Origin: Vicugna vicugna
Lineage: Eukaryota
Assembly (NCBI GenBank): GCA_013265495.1
Contig: MU057930.1
Location: 946,057-1,010,056 of the forward strand
Length of the DNA: 64,000 bases
Direction: 5' to 3'
The stretch's first letter is position 1, and each line of letters starts with the position of its first letter. The translations under genes were made by a program, and so were the position numbers. The notes beneath the pieces were generated by a model. It saw only the letters and a program-made list of their open reading frames with translations, was not told the origin of the DNA and did no database searches. This document shows positions 52,368 to 64,000 of this stretch, one piece after another.

Positions 52368-52601
52368 GCTTTTGCATAGCAAAGAACACCATCGACAAAA
52401 CAAAAAGCCAACCAATAGAATGGCAGAAGGTATTTGCAAATGATGTGACCAATTCTTATCCATATACATCCAACATATATAAACAGCTCATATGAGTCAA
52501 TATTAAAAAAAAAGCAACCTGATCAAAAAATGGGCAAAAGAACTGAACAGACATTTCTCTGAAGCAAAAGCTTTTAAGTTTAATGAGGTCCCATTTGTTT
52601 A
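52368..52601. mobile_element. L1 ORF2 fragment with an adjacent inverted piece
   Basis: Plus-strand aaaatgggcaaaagaactgaacagacatttctc followed by minus-strand gcaaaagcttttaagtttaatgaggtcccatttgttta. Confidence 0.75.
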
Positions 52602-53064
52602 CATTCTCATAAAATCATGACTTGTTGAAAACTGTTTCCCACCACACCACAAAGATTGTTAATTGAAATAGTAACCAAACCAATCTGACACAAGAAACAC
52701 AAGAGATATGAAATTGGAAAGTAGGAGGCAAATTTATAATTATGTCTGTCCTTGAACACATGAAAAAAATTTATGACTAGTGTAAAAATTATTTAATTAA
52801 TAGTAAAAGAACTTAGTAAAATTCCTATCTACAAATTAATCTATTTTATATTAATATATTCTACCTTTTTAAAAAAATATAATCTTGCATACAAATATCA
52901 ACCAGGTAGTATTGAATAACAGAAGGCTCTGATTACAATGCTAAGAAAAAAGATAAAAAATACCAATTATTTCACATACTCCTGGAGAATATATCAAAGA
53001 GATATCATGGCACCCATGATATGATCATTTCCATTTCAGAGCACAAAATGTGTTTTAAGCTTCC

Positions 53065-53395
53065 GTGAAGGAATGAAACAATGCCATTTACAACAGCATG
53101 GATGGACTTGGACGACATTGTGTTAAGTGAAGTAAGTCAGAAAAAGATAAATACTGTGTGATGTCACTTATATGTGGAATCCAAAAGATACAGCAAACCA
53201 GTGAAAATAACAAAAAAAAAAGAAGCAGGCTTATAGATACAGAGAACAAATTAGTGGTGACTAGTGGGGAAAGGCAATTTATGAGTTGGGGGAGAAGAAA
53301 GTTATTATGGAATTATATGAAATCATATGTGGGAAACTTTTGAAAATTATAAAGCATGATAGAAGTTAATGAATCTTTCATTTAATAAATAAAGA
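53065..53395 (+). mobile_element. L1 3' fragment
   Basis: atgccatttacaacagcatggatggacttgga..tcacttatatgtggaatc..aatctttcatttaataaa. Confidence 0.85.
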
Positions 53396-53905
53396 CAATA
53401 ATGATCTATGTGTGTTTTCAGAACCTATGCTGACATTCATAATTTTTCTTCTATAAATTATTAAGCTAGAAAATTGAATTTATACATTTCTGTTTCATGA
53501 GAAATTGTTCTTTATTTCTAGTATGAACTCCAGTTAAGTGAGTGTAGTTTTTTTTTTTTTAAATATCTTGCCATATTATATTTTCTTATTGTTTTACTTG
53601 GCTTTGGTCCAATTGGAAAAACAACTTTTTTCTACTAATCTCTTTATAGAATTTGGTCAACACTTTGTATCTTGAACTGTATAAAAACAAATTCTTCTCC
53701 ATTCCCTGCATCATAGAATAAGCCATATAGCATTGACATGATCAGTCTTTTTAAGGATCGATAGAATTCAGCCCTATACCCACAGGGCTTTTCAGGGGTG
53801 GTAGGGATTTTCCGCTGACAATTTTGATTTCTTCATGGTGATAACTAAGTAATAACTCTCTTTCAAAGTCAAGTTAGAAATCCGTATGGTCCTATAGCCT
53901 CACTT

Positions 53906-54606
53906 TGTAGAGCAGGATTCTGGAGTATAGCTTTCCTGTTTGAGTGATTTGCGCTGCATTTTCTACATCCAGTGTTGGTAGACAGATTGCTTACTAGTTC
54001 TGTTGCTGGAGATTCGGATCTTGTCTCATCACAGAAAGAATTCAGAGATGGGACGCAGAGGTCAAGAAAGTAGAATGAGGATTTCTTAAGGGAGGGCTAG
54101 GACCCTCTCAAGGGAGAGCGGGCAGACTCAGGTGAGCGGCTGCCCTGAGTTTCTTTGGCAAGTTGGTTACATAGGGTGTAAAAATGAATGGGTGGAATAT
54201 TCATTGGGGAGGGAAGGGTTTGGGGTCATATTTCCTGATTTCCATCCCAGCTCCACCTTCCCTAAGGGAGGGAGGATTTTTGTCCTTATTTATTCTGGAT
54301 CACAAATGTCATGGCGTTGGTGCATGATGGGTACTCCTAGCCTGCAAGGCTACGTTTATTGAAATGAAGGCATAATGAGCAAGAGGTTACATTCGGACAC
54401 TGGAGATTCATACCTTTCCCTACCTTTCTTTGTCAGCCTCCAAGGACGCCTGTCACCCCAAAATATGTGACCAGTTATCAACCCAGACGTCCTGCCTTTC
54501 TCTCTCTGCCCAGGGACCCCTATACTTCACAAGATGTGTGGTTTCCTGCATTTGGCCTTGTGCCCCCCTTTCTCTGTTCATATCAAGCTACCTGCCTGCT
54601 CCAACA
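53906..54606 (-). mobile_element. ERV1-class solo LTR, about 700 bp
   Basis: Terminal inverted repeats TGTAGAGCAGG / CCTGCTCCAACA; near-TSD actt/cttt; gaaagaattca motif shared with the MER41-like LTR, which is the basis for the orientation call. Confidence 0.65.
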
Positions 54607-55574
54607 CTTTCACGAGGTGAGATTTCCAGTTCTGTGTCCCCTTCACCTTTTTTTGTTTTGTTTTCAGAGACGAGATGGGTGAGAAATGACTGCATGCACT
54701 CACCATCTACCCCCACCCATTCACCTTTCTGGACACTTCCCTTTCTTTGCTCCCTTACACATTACTGTTCCCTGATTTTTCTACCACAGTGACCCTTAGA
54801 TGTCCTTCGGGAAGGGTCCCCTTAATGGAGCTAGACATCTGTCCACTAGCACTTAACACACGTTGGCATTTCCCAACATTCTGGATTTGGCCCAGCTCCC
54901 AACATACTGCAGATTCTTCTCTGGGCCAATCTTAACCAGAGCTCCTGGCACCAGCCACTCTAAGGCCCCCATGTACACACATCTCCCCGACACACAGCTG
55001 GTTGGTTAATTTTGCTCACAGCCCTCACCCCAAATGCGAGAAACCCTGCAGTCACTTTCACAACCCCTCGTGACAGGCTCCTCTTCCTATAATCCCTGCA
55101 AAGGGCACCCACGTTTCTCTCTCAGCCTCCCGTGAAGTGTCCCTCACTCTTTGGAATCATCACCAGGTCAAGTGCTGATAATCTGGTTAGCAGGACACTG
55201 TGTGAGGGCTTTTACTGAAAGAATAAAAAAAAAAAAGCATTTTCCACATGCTGATTTTCTTTCTTTATGAGACTACCAGCGAGGGAAAATCACAGGCATT
55301 CCAGAAGCACAGCGTGTCCAGCTGACAAAGCATTGAAAATCCTGTGCTGTGTCAGCGGAATGCAGGGGCGCGGAGATCAGGGTGGTACTGTCCTTACACG
55401 GCATCGCTGCTCGTCACAGAGTCCCTCCTGAGAGTGGGGGCTTTGTCAATAAATACTGCCCTCTGCAAAGTGTCCAAGTTGATTAGGATTCAGGAAAAGG
55501 CTCTGTATGTCATGTCAGCTTCCTTAAGAATAAAGTTTCAAGGAAAGTGCAGTTTAAGAGTTTGAATGAGGATA

Positions 55575-56110
55575 CATATATATGTATTTCAAGCTTTATT
55601 ATTTATATATATAAAATGTGTGTGTAATATATAGTATTGTGCAATACATGTTACATACAGATAATATGTAATAAATGTGTAATATATAGTACTATGTAAT
55701 ATATAGCACACATGTAATATATAGAATAAAACAGCATGATCTCATTAATATATGCTTATACATTATATATATTTAACATATGTAATACATTAATAGTAAT
55801 ATTGTTACTTATTACTATAACATAATTGATAACACAATAGTATAATTAATAACATAATTAATATAATTATATATTTTATATATAAGTATATATTATATAT
55901 AACTACATGTTATATATAATTATATATTATATATAATTAATTACTATAAATATATTTAATATATTAATATATTAGTACATAAATAGTATACTAATTAATA
56001 TAAAATATTTAACAACATATAATATTTAATATATAATTGCTATAAATATGTTTAATATATTGATATGTATTAGTACATGTGTAGAATGTGCATATATGAT
56101 TGTTTTATAC
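55575..56110. repeat. AT-rich (TA)n-like low complexity
   Basis: Direct reading. Confidence 0.9.
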
Positions 56111-56115
56111 ATAAT

Positions 56116-56455
56116 GTCAAGTCAGACAGAGAAAGACAAATATCACATGATATTACTTATTGTGGAATCTTAAAAAATGATACAAATGAACTTATATATG
56201 GAATGGATATAGACTCACCGACGTAGAATTCTAACAAACTTATGGTTACCAAAGGAGAGAGGTGGGGAGGGATAAATTAGGAGTTTGGGATTAACAGATA
56301 CACACTACTGTATATAAAACAGATAAACAACAAGGTCCTACTGTACAGCACAGGGAACTATAGTCAGTATCTTACAGTAACCTCTAATGGGAAAGAATCT
56401 GAACCTATACACTGAAACTAACACAATATTGTAAATCAACTACAGTTAGACTAAA
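56116..56455 (+). mobile_element. L1 3' UTR fragment
   Basis: aagtcagacagagaaagacaaatatcacatg..gggataaattaggagtttgggattaacagatacacactac. Confidence 0.88.
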
Positions 56456-57384
56456 ATGACAACAACGTCCTCTTGTTATTAGGAAGACTTTAAAAACGAT
56501 CCTCAATCAACAAGGTCCTTCAAGACCACAGTAATAATTTGAGAGTGTGGACTGGGGTTATGCCATCCTATAGGTAGTTGGCATTTTTCATATTCTATAC
56601 TGTCATAACTTCTTTGAAAGAAAAAAAAAGAGAGAACTAATGATGCCTTCTTGACACGTCAAACCCAGTGGGACAGTATCCATGGTGACTGATGAGAACC
56701 ATTGGGAGGTGACCTGCTCTGGATTGATTCAAAGACAGCATCATGAGACGTTATTCACCCTTCACTGATAGTCCTTTGCATCAGTAAATTCTCGTAAAAT
56801 GTTCAAGATCGCATCTGTTCTACATATTCATCTTCAGCTTCCTTTGTTACAAAAGGAAACGTTAAAGTATAAATCCCACAAGTAGAGGGCACATCACAAC
56901 GAGAAAGTGAATGCTGGGGCTGTCTCCCCAGGACAACCCAAGACCTAGGTCCCAGTGGGCCAGGAGCTTTTGTCCCACCCCAGACAGTGGTCAGAGATTA
57001 AACGACCAACTATTCCTTTACTCCATTGCCATCAGGTCTCAGAACGATTCCTGCAATCTGTTTCTACCAATCACAAATCCAAACTCAGACCCGCACCATT
57101 GTGTGTTTATCTATGAAGCATTGTATCATATATTACCTCACGTACTTCACTCGAAAGCCCATGCATTGTTCTCTCCATTATTAATTTTTTAAAAAATCTG
57201 TTTAACTTACTTCTTAGCTGTTCTTTCGATGGCGTTCCAGATCCTACTGGAAGAAAAACGAAGTGTCACATATGACCATTTTCACATGGGAAATAAGACA
57301 AACCGATTTTACCAAACCTCCTCCCCCAAGATCCTGGCAAACCCCCATAAATCTCGGGACAACCAGTTCCATTAAAATTGAATA

Positions 57385-58020
57385 AATTTTGAATTGTAGA
57401 GCAGCTTGACCGTACAGAAAAATTAAGAGGGAAGTTCCGAGTTCCCACGGAGCCCCTCCCCCTTGTCACATAATCTCCTCTGCTAATAGCACCTTGTGTT
57501 AGGGCAGTGCATTTGTTACAGTCAAGGACCCAATCTTGATACAATATTATTGACTAAGGATTATAGTTTTCATTAGTATTTGCTCTTGGTTTTGTGCATT
57601 CTATGAAATTGGATAATGTAGCATAACATAACGTAATGTAACGTAACATAACATAGCATAGCATAGCATAGCATAACATAACATGTATCTAGTGTTACCG
57701 TATCATACAGACTACTTTCATTGCCCGAAAAATCCCCTGTGCTTCACCTGTTCATTCCTCCTCTCCCACTGCTTGGCAACCACTGATCTTTTTACTGCCT
57801 CCATAGTTTTGCTTTTTCCAGAATGTCATATACTTGGACTCGTGCAGTCTGTAGCCTTTTTAGATGGCCTTTTTTCACTTAGCCGTATGCATTTACGTTT
57901 CCTCCCCATCTTTTCACAGCTGATAGCTCGTGTCTTCGTACCACTGAGTAATGTCCTGTTGTCTGGATGGACCACTGTGGACTTATCCATCACCTGTTGA
58001 AGGGCATCCTGGTTGCCAAT
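57385..58020 (-). mobile_element. Old L1 (L1MC-like) 3' UTR with internal (CATAA/CATAG)n at about 57620-57683
   Basis: cttggcaaccactgatctttttactg..ttttccagaatgtcatata..tccatcacctgttgaagggcatc. Confidence 0.7.
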
Positions 58021-58046
58021 TCCATTTTAAGGCAGGTAAGACTTTT

Positions 58047-58930
58047 TTTTTAACATTTTTTATTGGTTTATAATCATTTTACAATGTTGTGTCCAATTCC
58101 AGTGTAGAGCACAATTTTTCAATTGTACATCAACATATATATATATTCATTGTCACATTCCTTTCTCTGTGAGCTACCATAAAATCTTGTATATATTTCC
58201 CTGTGCTATACAGTATAATCTTATTTATCTATTCTACAATTTTGAAATCCCAGTCTATCTCTTCCAACCCCCCAACCCCCTTGGCAACCACAAGTCTGTG
58301 TTCTATGTCTATGAGTCTATTTCTGTTCTGTATTTATGCTTTGTTTGTTTGTTTATTTTTAGATTCCACATATGAGCGATCTCATATTGTATTTTTCTTT
58401 CTCTTTCTGGCTTACTTCATTTAGAATGACATTCTCCAGGAGCATCCATGTTGCTGCAAATGGCATTATGTTGTCAGTTTTTATGGCTGAGTAGTATTCC
58501 ATTGTATAAATATACCACTTCTTCTTTATCCAGTCATCTGTTGATGGACATTGAGGCTGCTTCCATGTCTTGGCTATTGTAAATAGTGCTTCTGTGAACA
58601 TCAGGGTGCAGGTGTCATCCTGAAGTAGGGTTCCTTCTGGATATATGCCCAGGAGCGGGATTCCTGGGTCATGTGGTAAGCATATTCCTAGTCTTTTGAG
58701 GAATCTCCATACTGTTTTCCACAGTGGCTGCACCACACTGCATTCCCACCAGCAGTGGAGGAGGGTTCCCTTTTCTCCACAGCCTCTCCAGCATTTGTCA
58801 TTTGTGGCCTTTTGAATGATGGACATTCTGACTGGTGTGAGGTGATACCTCATTGTAGTTTTGATTTGCATTTCTCTGGTAATTAGTGATATTGAGCATT
58901 TTTTCATGTGCCTGTTGACCATTTGTACAA
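58047..58930 (-). mobile_element. Relatively young 5'-truncated L1 (ORF2 C-terminus plus 3' UTR)
   Basis: Open 187-aa ORF 58359-58922 with the ORF2p Cys-rich region ([19 protein letters not shown]); perfect TSD GTAAGACTTTT at 58036-58046 and 58931-58941, at a TT/AAAA endonuclease site on the minus strand. Confidence 0.95.
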
Positions 58931-59237
58931 GTAAGACTTTTAATAGATATACTCCCTGAAGTTTCTGTCCACTTTCTTCCTCCTTCCTTCCTTAGTTGCC
59001 AAGAAACATTTCGGGCTCATAACTATTCCATCTTTTCCTTTCCTGTTGTAAACATAGGAAGCTAACTTGTAGGGATAGGAGTGGAATAATAACAGTGTTC
59101 TCAAAAATAGCTAAAAATCACCTTCCCCAATCTGCACATCCTTCTCCATGTGACTTAAAGAGGACAGATCATCCCTGCTAGAAATTAATGCAAATTTCAG
59201 GTGCTTCTCTCCACCTCACCTCTGGCTTATGGCTTTT

Positions 59238-59726
59238 AGAATACTACTCAGCCATGGTAAAGAATGAAATAAAGCCATTGGCAGCAACACGGATGGACCT
59301 AGAGATGATCATACTAAGTGAAATGAGCCAGACAAAGACAAATGCCATATGATATTACTGATATACAGAATCTAAAAAATGATACAAATGATTTACAAAC
59401 TTATTTACAAAACAGAAACAGACTCACAGACATAGAAAACGGACTTATGGTTACAAACTAGGAAAGAGGGGAGGGATAAATTAGGAGTTCGGGATTAGCA
59501 GATACACACTATTACATATGAAGTAGATAAACAACAAGGACCTACTGTACAGCACAGGGAACTGTATTCCATACCTTGCAATAACCTGTAATGGAAAAGA
59601 ATCTGGAAAAGTATATATATTAAATATGTATGTATGTAATATATACAGAGATGCATAACTGAATCAACTTGCTGTAGACCAAAAAATTAACATTGTAAAC
59701 CGACTATACTTCAATTTCAAAAAAAG
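59238..59726 (+). mobile_element. L1 3' fragment
   Basis: gaatactactcagccat..gcagcaacacggatggacctagagatgatcatactaagtgaa..gactatacttcaat. Confidence 0.9.
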
Positions 59727-61299
59727 AGGTTGCTTTTAGTTATCCTAAAAAATGAGTGTTTTATTATTGTGAGTCCACTGAGACTCTGGTCCTCAGTCAT
59801 TTCTCAATTCATATCCAGAGCTTTGCACATGCGAGCAAGAATGATCCAAGAGTGAGAATGACCCTTAACATGTGTCTTTTAAAAAGAAAACATGTTTGGT
59901 GTTATTGTTGTCAGTTCATGTTTTAGGGATTGTAACGGGAGCCCTGATTTCTGGGGTGTGTGCCTTTTAAGTAAATTGATAAAGAGGGGAAAAAAAAACA
60001 AGATTGGAATCTGTTGAATGCATAATTATTAATTCTGCATGTGCAGGGCCATTCTGGAAATGCCTGCTAGGGAAAAAAAAAAGGGCAGGCACTTAACTCC
60101 TGTTGCATGGAAGTGGCTTTCTAAATTGCCAATCTTTGGGGATGGAGCAATATGTCGGATGGAGATGGAAATGTTTCTGTATTCTCATGAAGTAATAAAT
60201 GAGCTGTCATCACTAATAGCCCCAGGAAAGGGTTGGTTTCTCAAGCAGAATAAGTAAGAATGGAGCAGGCGAGCCTGTCCCTGCTTAATGAAGCTGAGAG
60301 ATTAAAGACACTCCATCATCGCACTTTTACTAGCACACCTGGATTTTCTTTATTAAAAAGGCATTTATCTAATGATCCATTGCAAGCTATTACCAGAAAC
60401 GCAGAGCGGTGTTATACACGGAAAAGAGGCACCAAAGAAGGAATAGTTCTTTGCTGTAATAAAATCTTGATAAGGTATTGATCTTTAAAGGCAAACTGTT
60501 GGTTTTGCGTTTCGCACCGGGCTGTCAAGCTTACTTACAGAGAGAATAATTTAGCCCCATCCCTGGCCCGTGGCGTTAATGGAGTCGAGACTTTTATTTC
60601 TTTCATCAAGTGAATTTTATACAAAACAGTAGTTCGATGATTGCGATAATGTTGAGAGCAAAGTCCATGTCATTAAAGAGGGGACAGGATGCCAGGGAGA
60701 AAATCTCTTACCCAGTTGAGACCTGATTCTACAATATGCCAGCATGTCTGATTGAAGTCACTGGTTGCCGATGTGAAAATTATCTTCCTCTTTTCAACCG
60801 CCGTTGGAAGGAGAGGGCAGACTCTTACCGAGCAAGCTAATTCGTAATATTCCACTGGTGGCTATTGGATGTTTAAACAATTCTCAGGAAAAGAAAGAAC
60901 CCAATGCCCTTGGGGTAACGTGTACACTTAACAGAGAACTTAGACAATATGGCAAAGCGAGAGCATCTGACTTCTGGAATGAGGTTACACATTTTCAGAT
61001 GTCTTTTTGTCCAAGTATCTGTTGCTTCATTCCTACATATAGGCAAAGACATATTATTTTCTGAAGCCGTGTTTGAAGCCACATAAGCCTGCTGCAATGT
61101 ATGTGAACATCTATGAACTGTTAAGTCTGAGGTTGACACTACATGTATCGGTTCAAAACAAGGAATATCTTTTACACTTTGCACATGCGCACATTCTCTG
61201 TCTGGAAAGTGTATATATCTTCTAGATGAGAATGATGTTTTTCTAGCCTCTCTCCTGGAAATGTTCATAAAATACATATTTAAAACAGAAGAAGTATTA

Positions 61300-62100
61300 C
61301 TCTAAATGAAATGAGCCCATCACAAAAGACAATGTGTGATTCCACTTACATGGAATTGGCTGGTACAAAAAAATCTAGACAGACAGAGAGTGGTTTAGTG
61401 GCTGCAACCTGGGAGCAAGGGGGCACGGGGAGGGACTGCTGACGGGCAAAAGATGTCCTTTTGTGGTGATGAAAATGTTCCAGAATAGGTATACAACTCC
61501 GAATACACTAAAAATCCACCAAACTGTTACCGAGTCTAAACTCGTTCTGCTCAGCACATGACAGAGCTGTAAATTGGGAGATGAGGTGTTGGGGTAAGGA
61601 ATAGCGACTTTATTTGGAAAGCGGGCAGACTAATGTCCTGGAGAGCCACCTTCCCCAAGTCAGAATTCAGGCTCCTTTTATACTAAAAAGTCAGGGGGGT
61701 GTGGTTGGCTATTGCAAACTCCTTGGGGTAGGAATTCTTTGTTCTTGGAATTCTTTGTTCTTGCAGCTGTCCATGTGGATCAGGTCATGGTGCCCCCATG
61801 AAACCTCTAACAAAACAAATGTTATTTTCTCTTCTGCAACTTGTTATCTTTATATGAATGCAACAGTGTCAATATGCGTAAAGGTCAGAGCCTCCAGATC
61901 GGGCTCTCCTGTCTATTTGAGGCTCGAGGCAACATTCTCTTACAAAAGGTGCAGAGCCAGCGAGACTGAGCGTAGAAAACAGGGCACAGGGTTAAAGGCA
62001 AAGGAACAGATCTCATGTGGAGTCAGATTTGTTCTTTTCTATTACAAAACTACACACTTGAAAGAGTGCGTTTTTTGATAGGTGAATTACATCTCAATAA
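61300..62100 (+). mobile_element. Old L1M 3' end split by an LTR
   Basis: gtggtgatgaaaatgttccagaat..gaatacactaaaaatccacc before the LTR; tacacacttgaaa..gtgaattacatctcaataa after it. Confidence 0.65.
61525..62046 (-). mobile_element. ERV1-class solo LTR
   Basis: TG...CA ends; perfect 4-bp TSD AAAC (61521-61524 and 62047-62050); minus-strand TATAAAA (61676-61682) and AATAAA (61609-61614). Confidence 0.85.
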
Positions 62101-63384
62101 GCTGATAAAAACTTGCTGGGATTTGTATCAAGTGCCTACCCTGGGGATGGCCCCCGCACGTCTTCACGGCTCCATCTCATTGTGGAGAATGACACTAGTG
62201 CATAGATGTGAGTGCAAAACCTTTGAAACCCACCGGTGTTGGTTTTGGCTTCTCAAAAAGTATGATCTTTGAATCAGATGCATCAGCATGTTCTGGGGGG
62301 TGAATTTTGGTGCTGAATATCAGGTCCTGAATCCAAATCTGCAATTTAGCAAAATCTCAAAGGGATGCTCTGGACATCCCCACATCTGTTTGGGAAGCAG
62401 AGTGGTACCCTTTGCCGTCCAAGAATTATTCGGTTGGGTTATTTGCTTCTAAGTGAGACTCACTTCTTTCAGGGAGATGTTTGAGCTCAATGAACTCACT
62501 TTGGAGGTGGGTAGGTGGGAAATAAAGTGACTGAGTGAGTGACCAAATCAGTCTTAAGATGCCATCAGTCCCATTTTTCTATAAAAATGCCATGGAATTC
62601 ATAGAATAGCATGGGGGTAACCACATGGCCACCATTATTAATAGGAATCTTAAAAAAAACGCAATTATAAGCAGACTGTTTAAAAAGAAATCATTACCCC
62701 CAAAGAAGCCCGCTCTGTGCCTAAATGCACATTATCCAGTTTAGAGACCACAGATGTAGCATCGTGTCCTTAAAGTAAAATAACTTAAGGACATACGAGT
62801 GGTTTCTACCTCGTGTGTGTATGAATTTGACAGATTTCAGTATCTCGGAGTCTCTTGTGCAGAATAGAGGTAACCCGCATGCCCCCGCTTCATTCGGAAA
62901 GAGTCTTGATCCAAGAATCAGAGGTGTGTAGAAACGGTCCAAAAATTCTATCACGAGCTGACAATGGCTCGTATTCTGCCCACATGACTTGTTTCCGACT
63001 GAATTTGTTGCTCCTTTGTGGGAAACACTTAGAGAATGATACTCATATAACCGCTCAGATATTCATGATTCTCCCACGAAAACCAGGCTTGGATACAGAG
63101 TCTGGTTCCTGGATGTGTGTTAATTTGGATCATAAAGTATCATCTTAAGATTTATTTTCTGTAAGACGGAAAGTGTCACATTTCATGGTGTTGACATGCT
63201 GCCTGGCAACTGGCTTTTGTCACTGTCTCATGTGGACTGGCTTTGCCAGAGAGGAAAATGATATAAATAGAATTTAAAAATCTTAGTGTTGCATATTTAG
63301 GCAATATTTATTCAATGCTAATGTTGCAAAATGATTGCCCTGCAATCATGCAAATAAGTTCATTTGTCTTTTTTCTTTCTCTAG

Positions 63385-63437
63385 ATTCCACCCTGTCTTA
63401 AAGCGGGAACAATTCACTCAGTGACCTTTTCTCACAG
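63385..63437 (+). other. Candidate 53-nt exon
   Basis: Strong acceptor ending ttttctttctctag; weaker donor CAG|GTACTC; frame IPPCLKAGTIHSVTFSH is open. Confidence 0.35.
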
Positions 63438-63574
63438 GTACTCAATTTCCTCCCATTCTCACGGTTTCTTCTACCCCTGTTTAATCAATTTTATTTTTAT
63501 TATCTACCTGCAGTTGCCAGCGGGTTTTATTAAAGAAACCTTGCAGATATTATCTTTATAAGCTCTATTTTTTT

Positions 63575-63765
63575 CTTTTTTCATTGAAGTGTAATTGCTG
63601 TCCAGCATTATGTGTCACCGGTATACAGCAGAGTGAGTCACAATTTTTAAAGGTTCCTCTCCGTTTATAATCATTATAAAATGCTGGCTCTCTTCCCTGT
63701 GTTGTGCGATGTATCCTTGCTGCTTATCTGATCCCCAATGGTTTGTGCCTTTTAATCCCCTACAC
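63575..63765 (-). mobile_element. L1 3'-terminal fragment, older
   Basis: tttcattgaagtgtaattg..attataaaatgctggctctcttccctgtgttgtgcgatgtatccttg. Confidence 0.7.
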
Positions 63766-64000
63766 TCTCTTGAACAATCACTGTGTTACTTATTCCTGAA
63801 TAGAAGAAAAATTCTTGATGCATCAAAATATTGAGAAAGTCCAAATGCCCTGAACACTCGATGTGGTTTTATACGCTGTGAAGTAATATGTGCGATGATT
63901 TCGTTCATTCATTCTCCCAGAAATACTGATTGAGAACTGGAACCTCTATTCCATGCTGACAATAATGAAGGACATAACTGCTTTCACGGTAAACATGGAT

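Noticed and set aside
58359..58922. 187-aa ORF as a host gene
   Set aside because: It is the C-terminus of L1 ORF2p inside a TSD-flanked truncated L1.
49285..62046. Full provirus bounded by the two related LTRs
   Set aside because: Each LTR has its own flanking duplication and no gag/pol/env remnants are visible between them.
25740..63437. Assigning a gene symbol (for example pseudoautosomal genes such as STS/PUDP or TBL1X)
   Set aside because: No coding exon that I recognise; exon spacing alone is not sufficient evidence.

Overview
This is mammalian genomic DNA, very probably camelid: it carries three tRNA-Ala-derived Vic-1-type SINEs and many L1 3' ends of the camelid type. Much of the window is interspersed repeat (Charlie1 hAT relic, L1 fragments, MaLR/MLT1 and ERV1 solo LTRs, micro- and minisatellites), and the ORF track is almost entirely spurious apart from L1 ORF2 remnants. 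The main non-repeat features are a CpG-island promoter at about 25.7-26.6 kb (CCAAT, GC boxes, strong + strand donor at 26337/8), three candidate downstream + strand exons (33.1, 48.5, 63.4 kb) and a candidate Pro-rich terminal exon with polyA signal at about 9.9-10.2 kb. I could not name either gene. The most striking structure is a near-identical 2,451-bp head-to-tail duplication (36725-41626), accompanied by several smaller local duplications. I found no prokaryotic-type system, no CRISPR array and no demonstrably new biological system. Repeat family names come from recalled consensus resemblance, not database searches.
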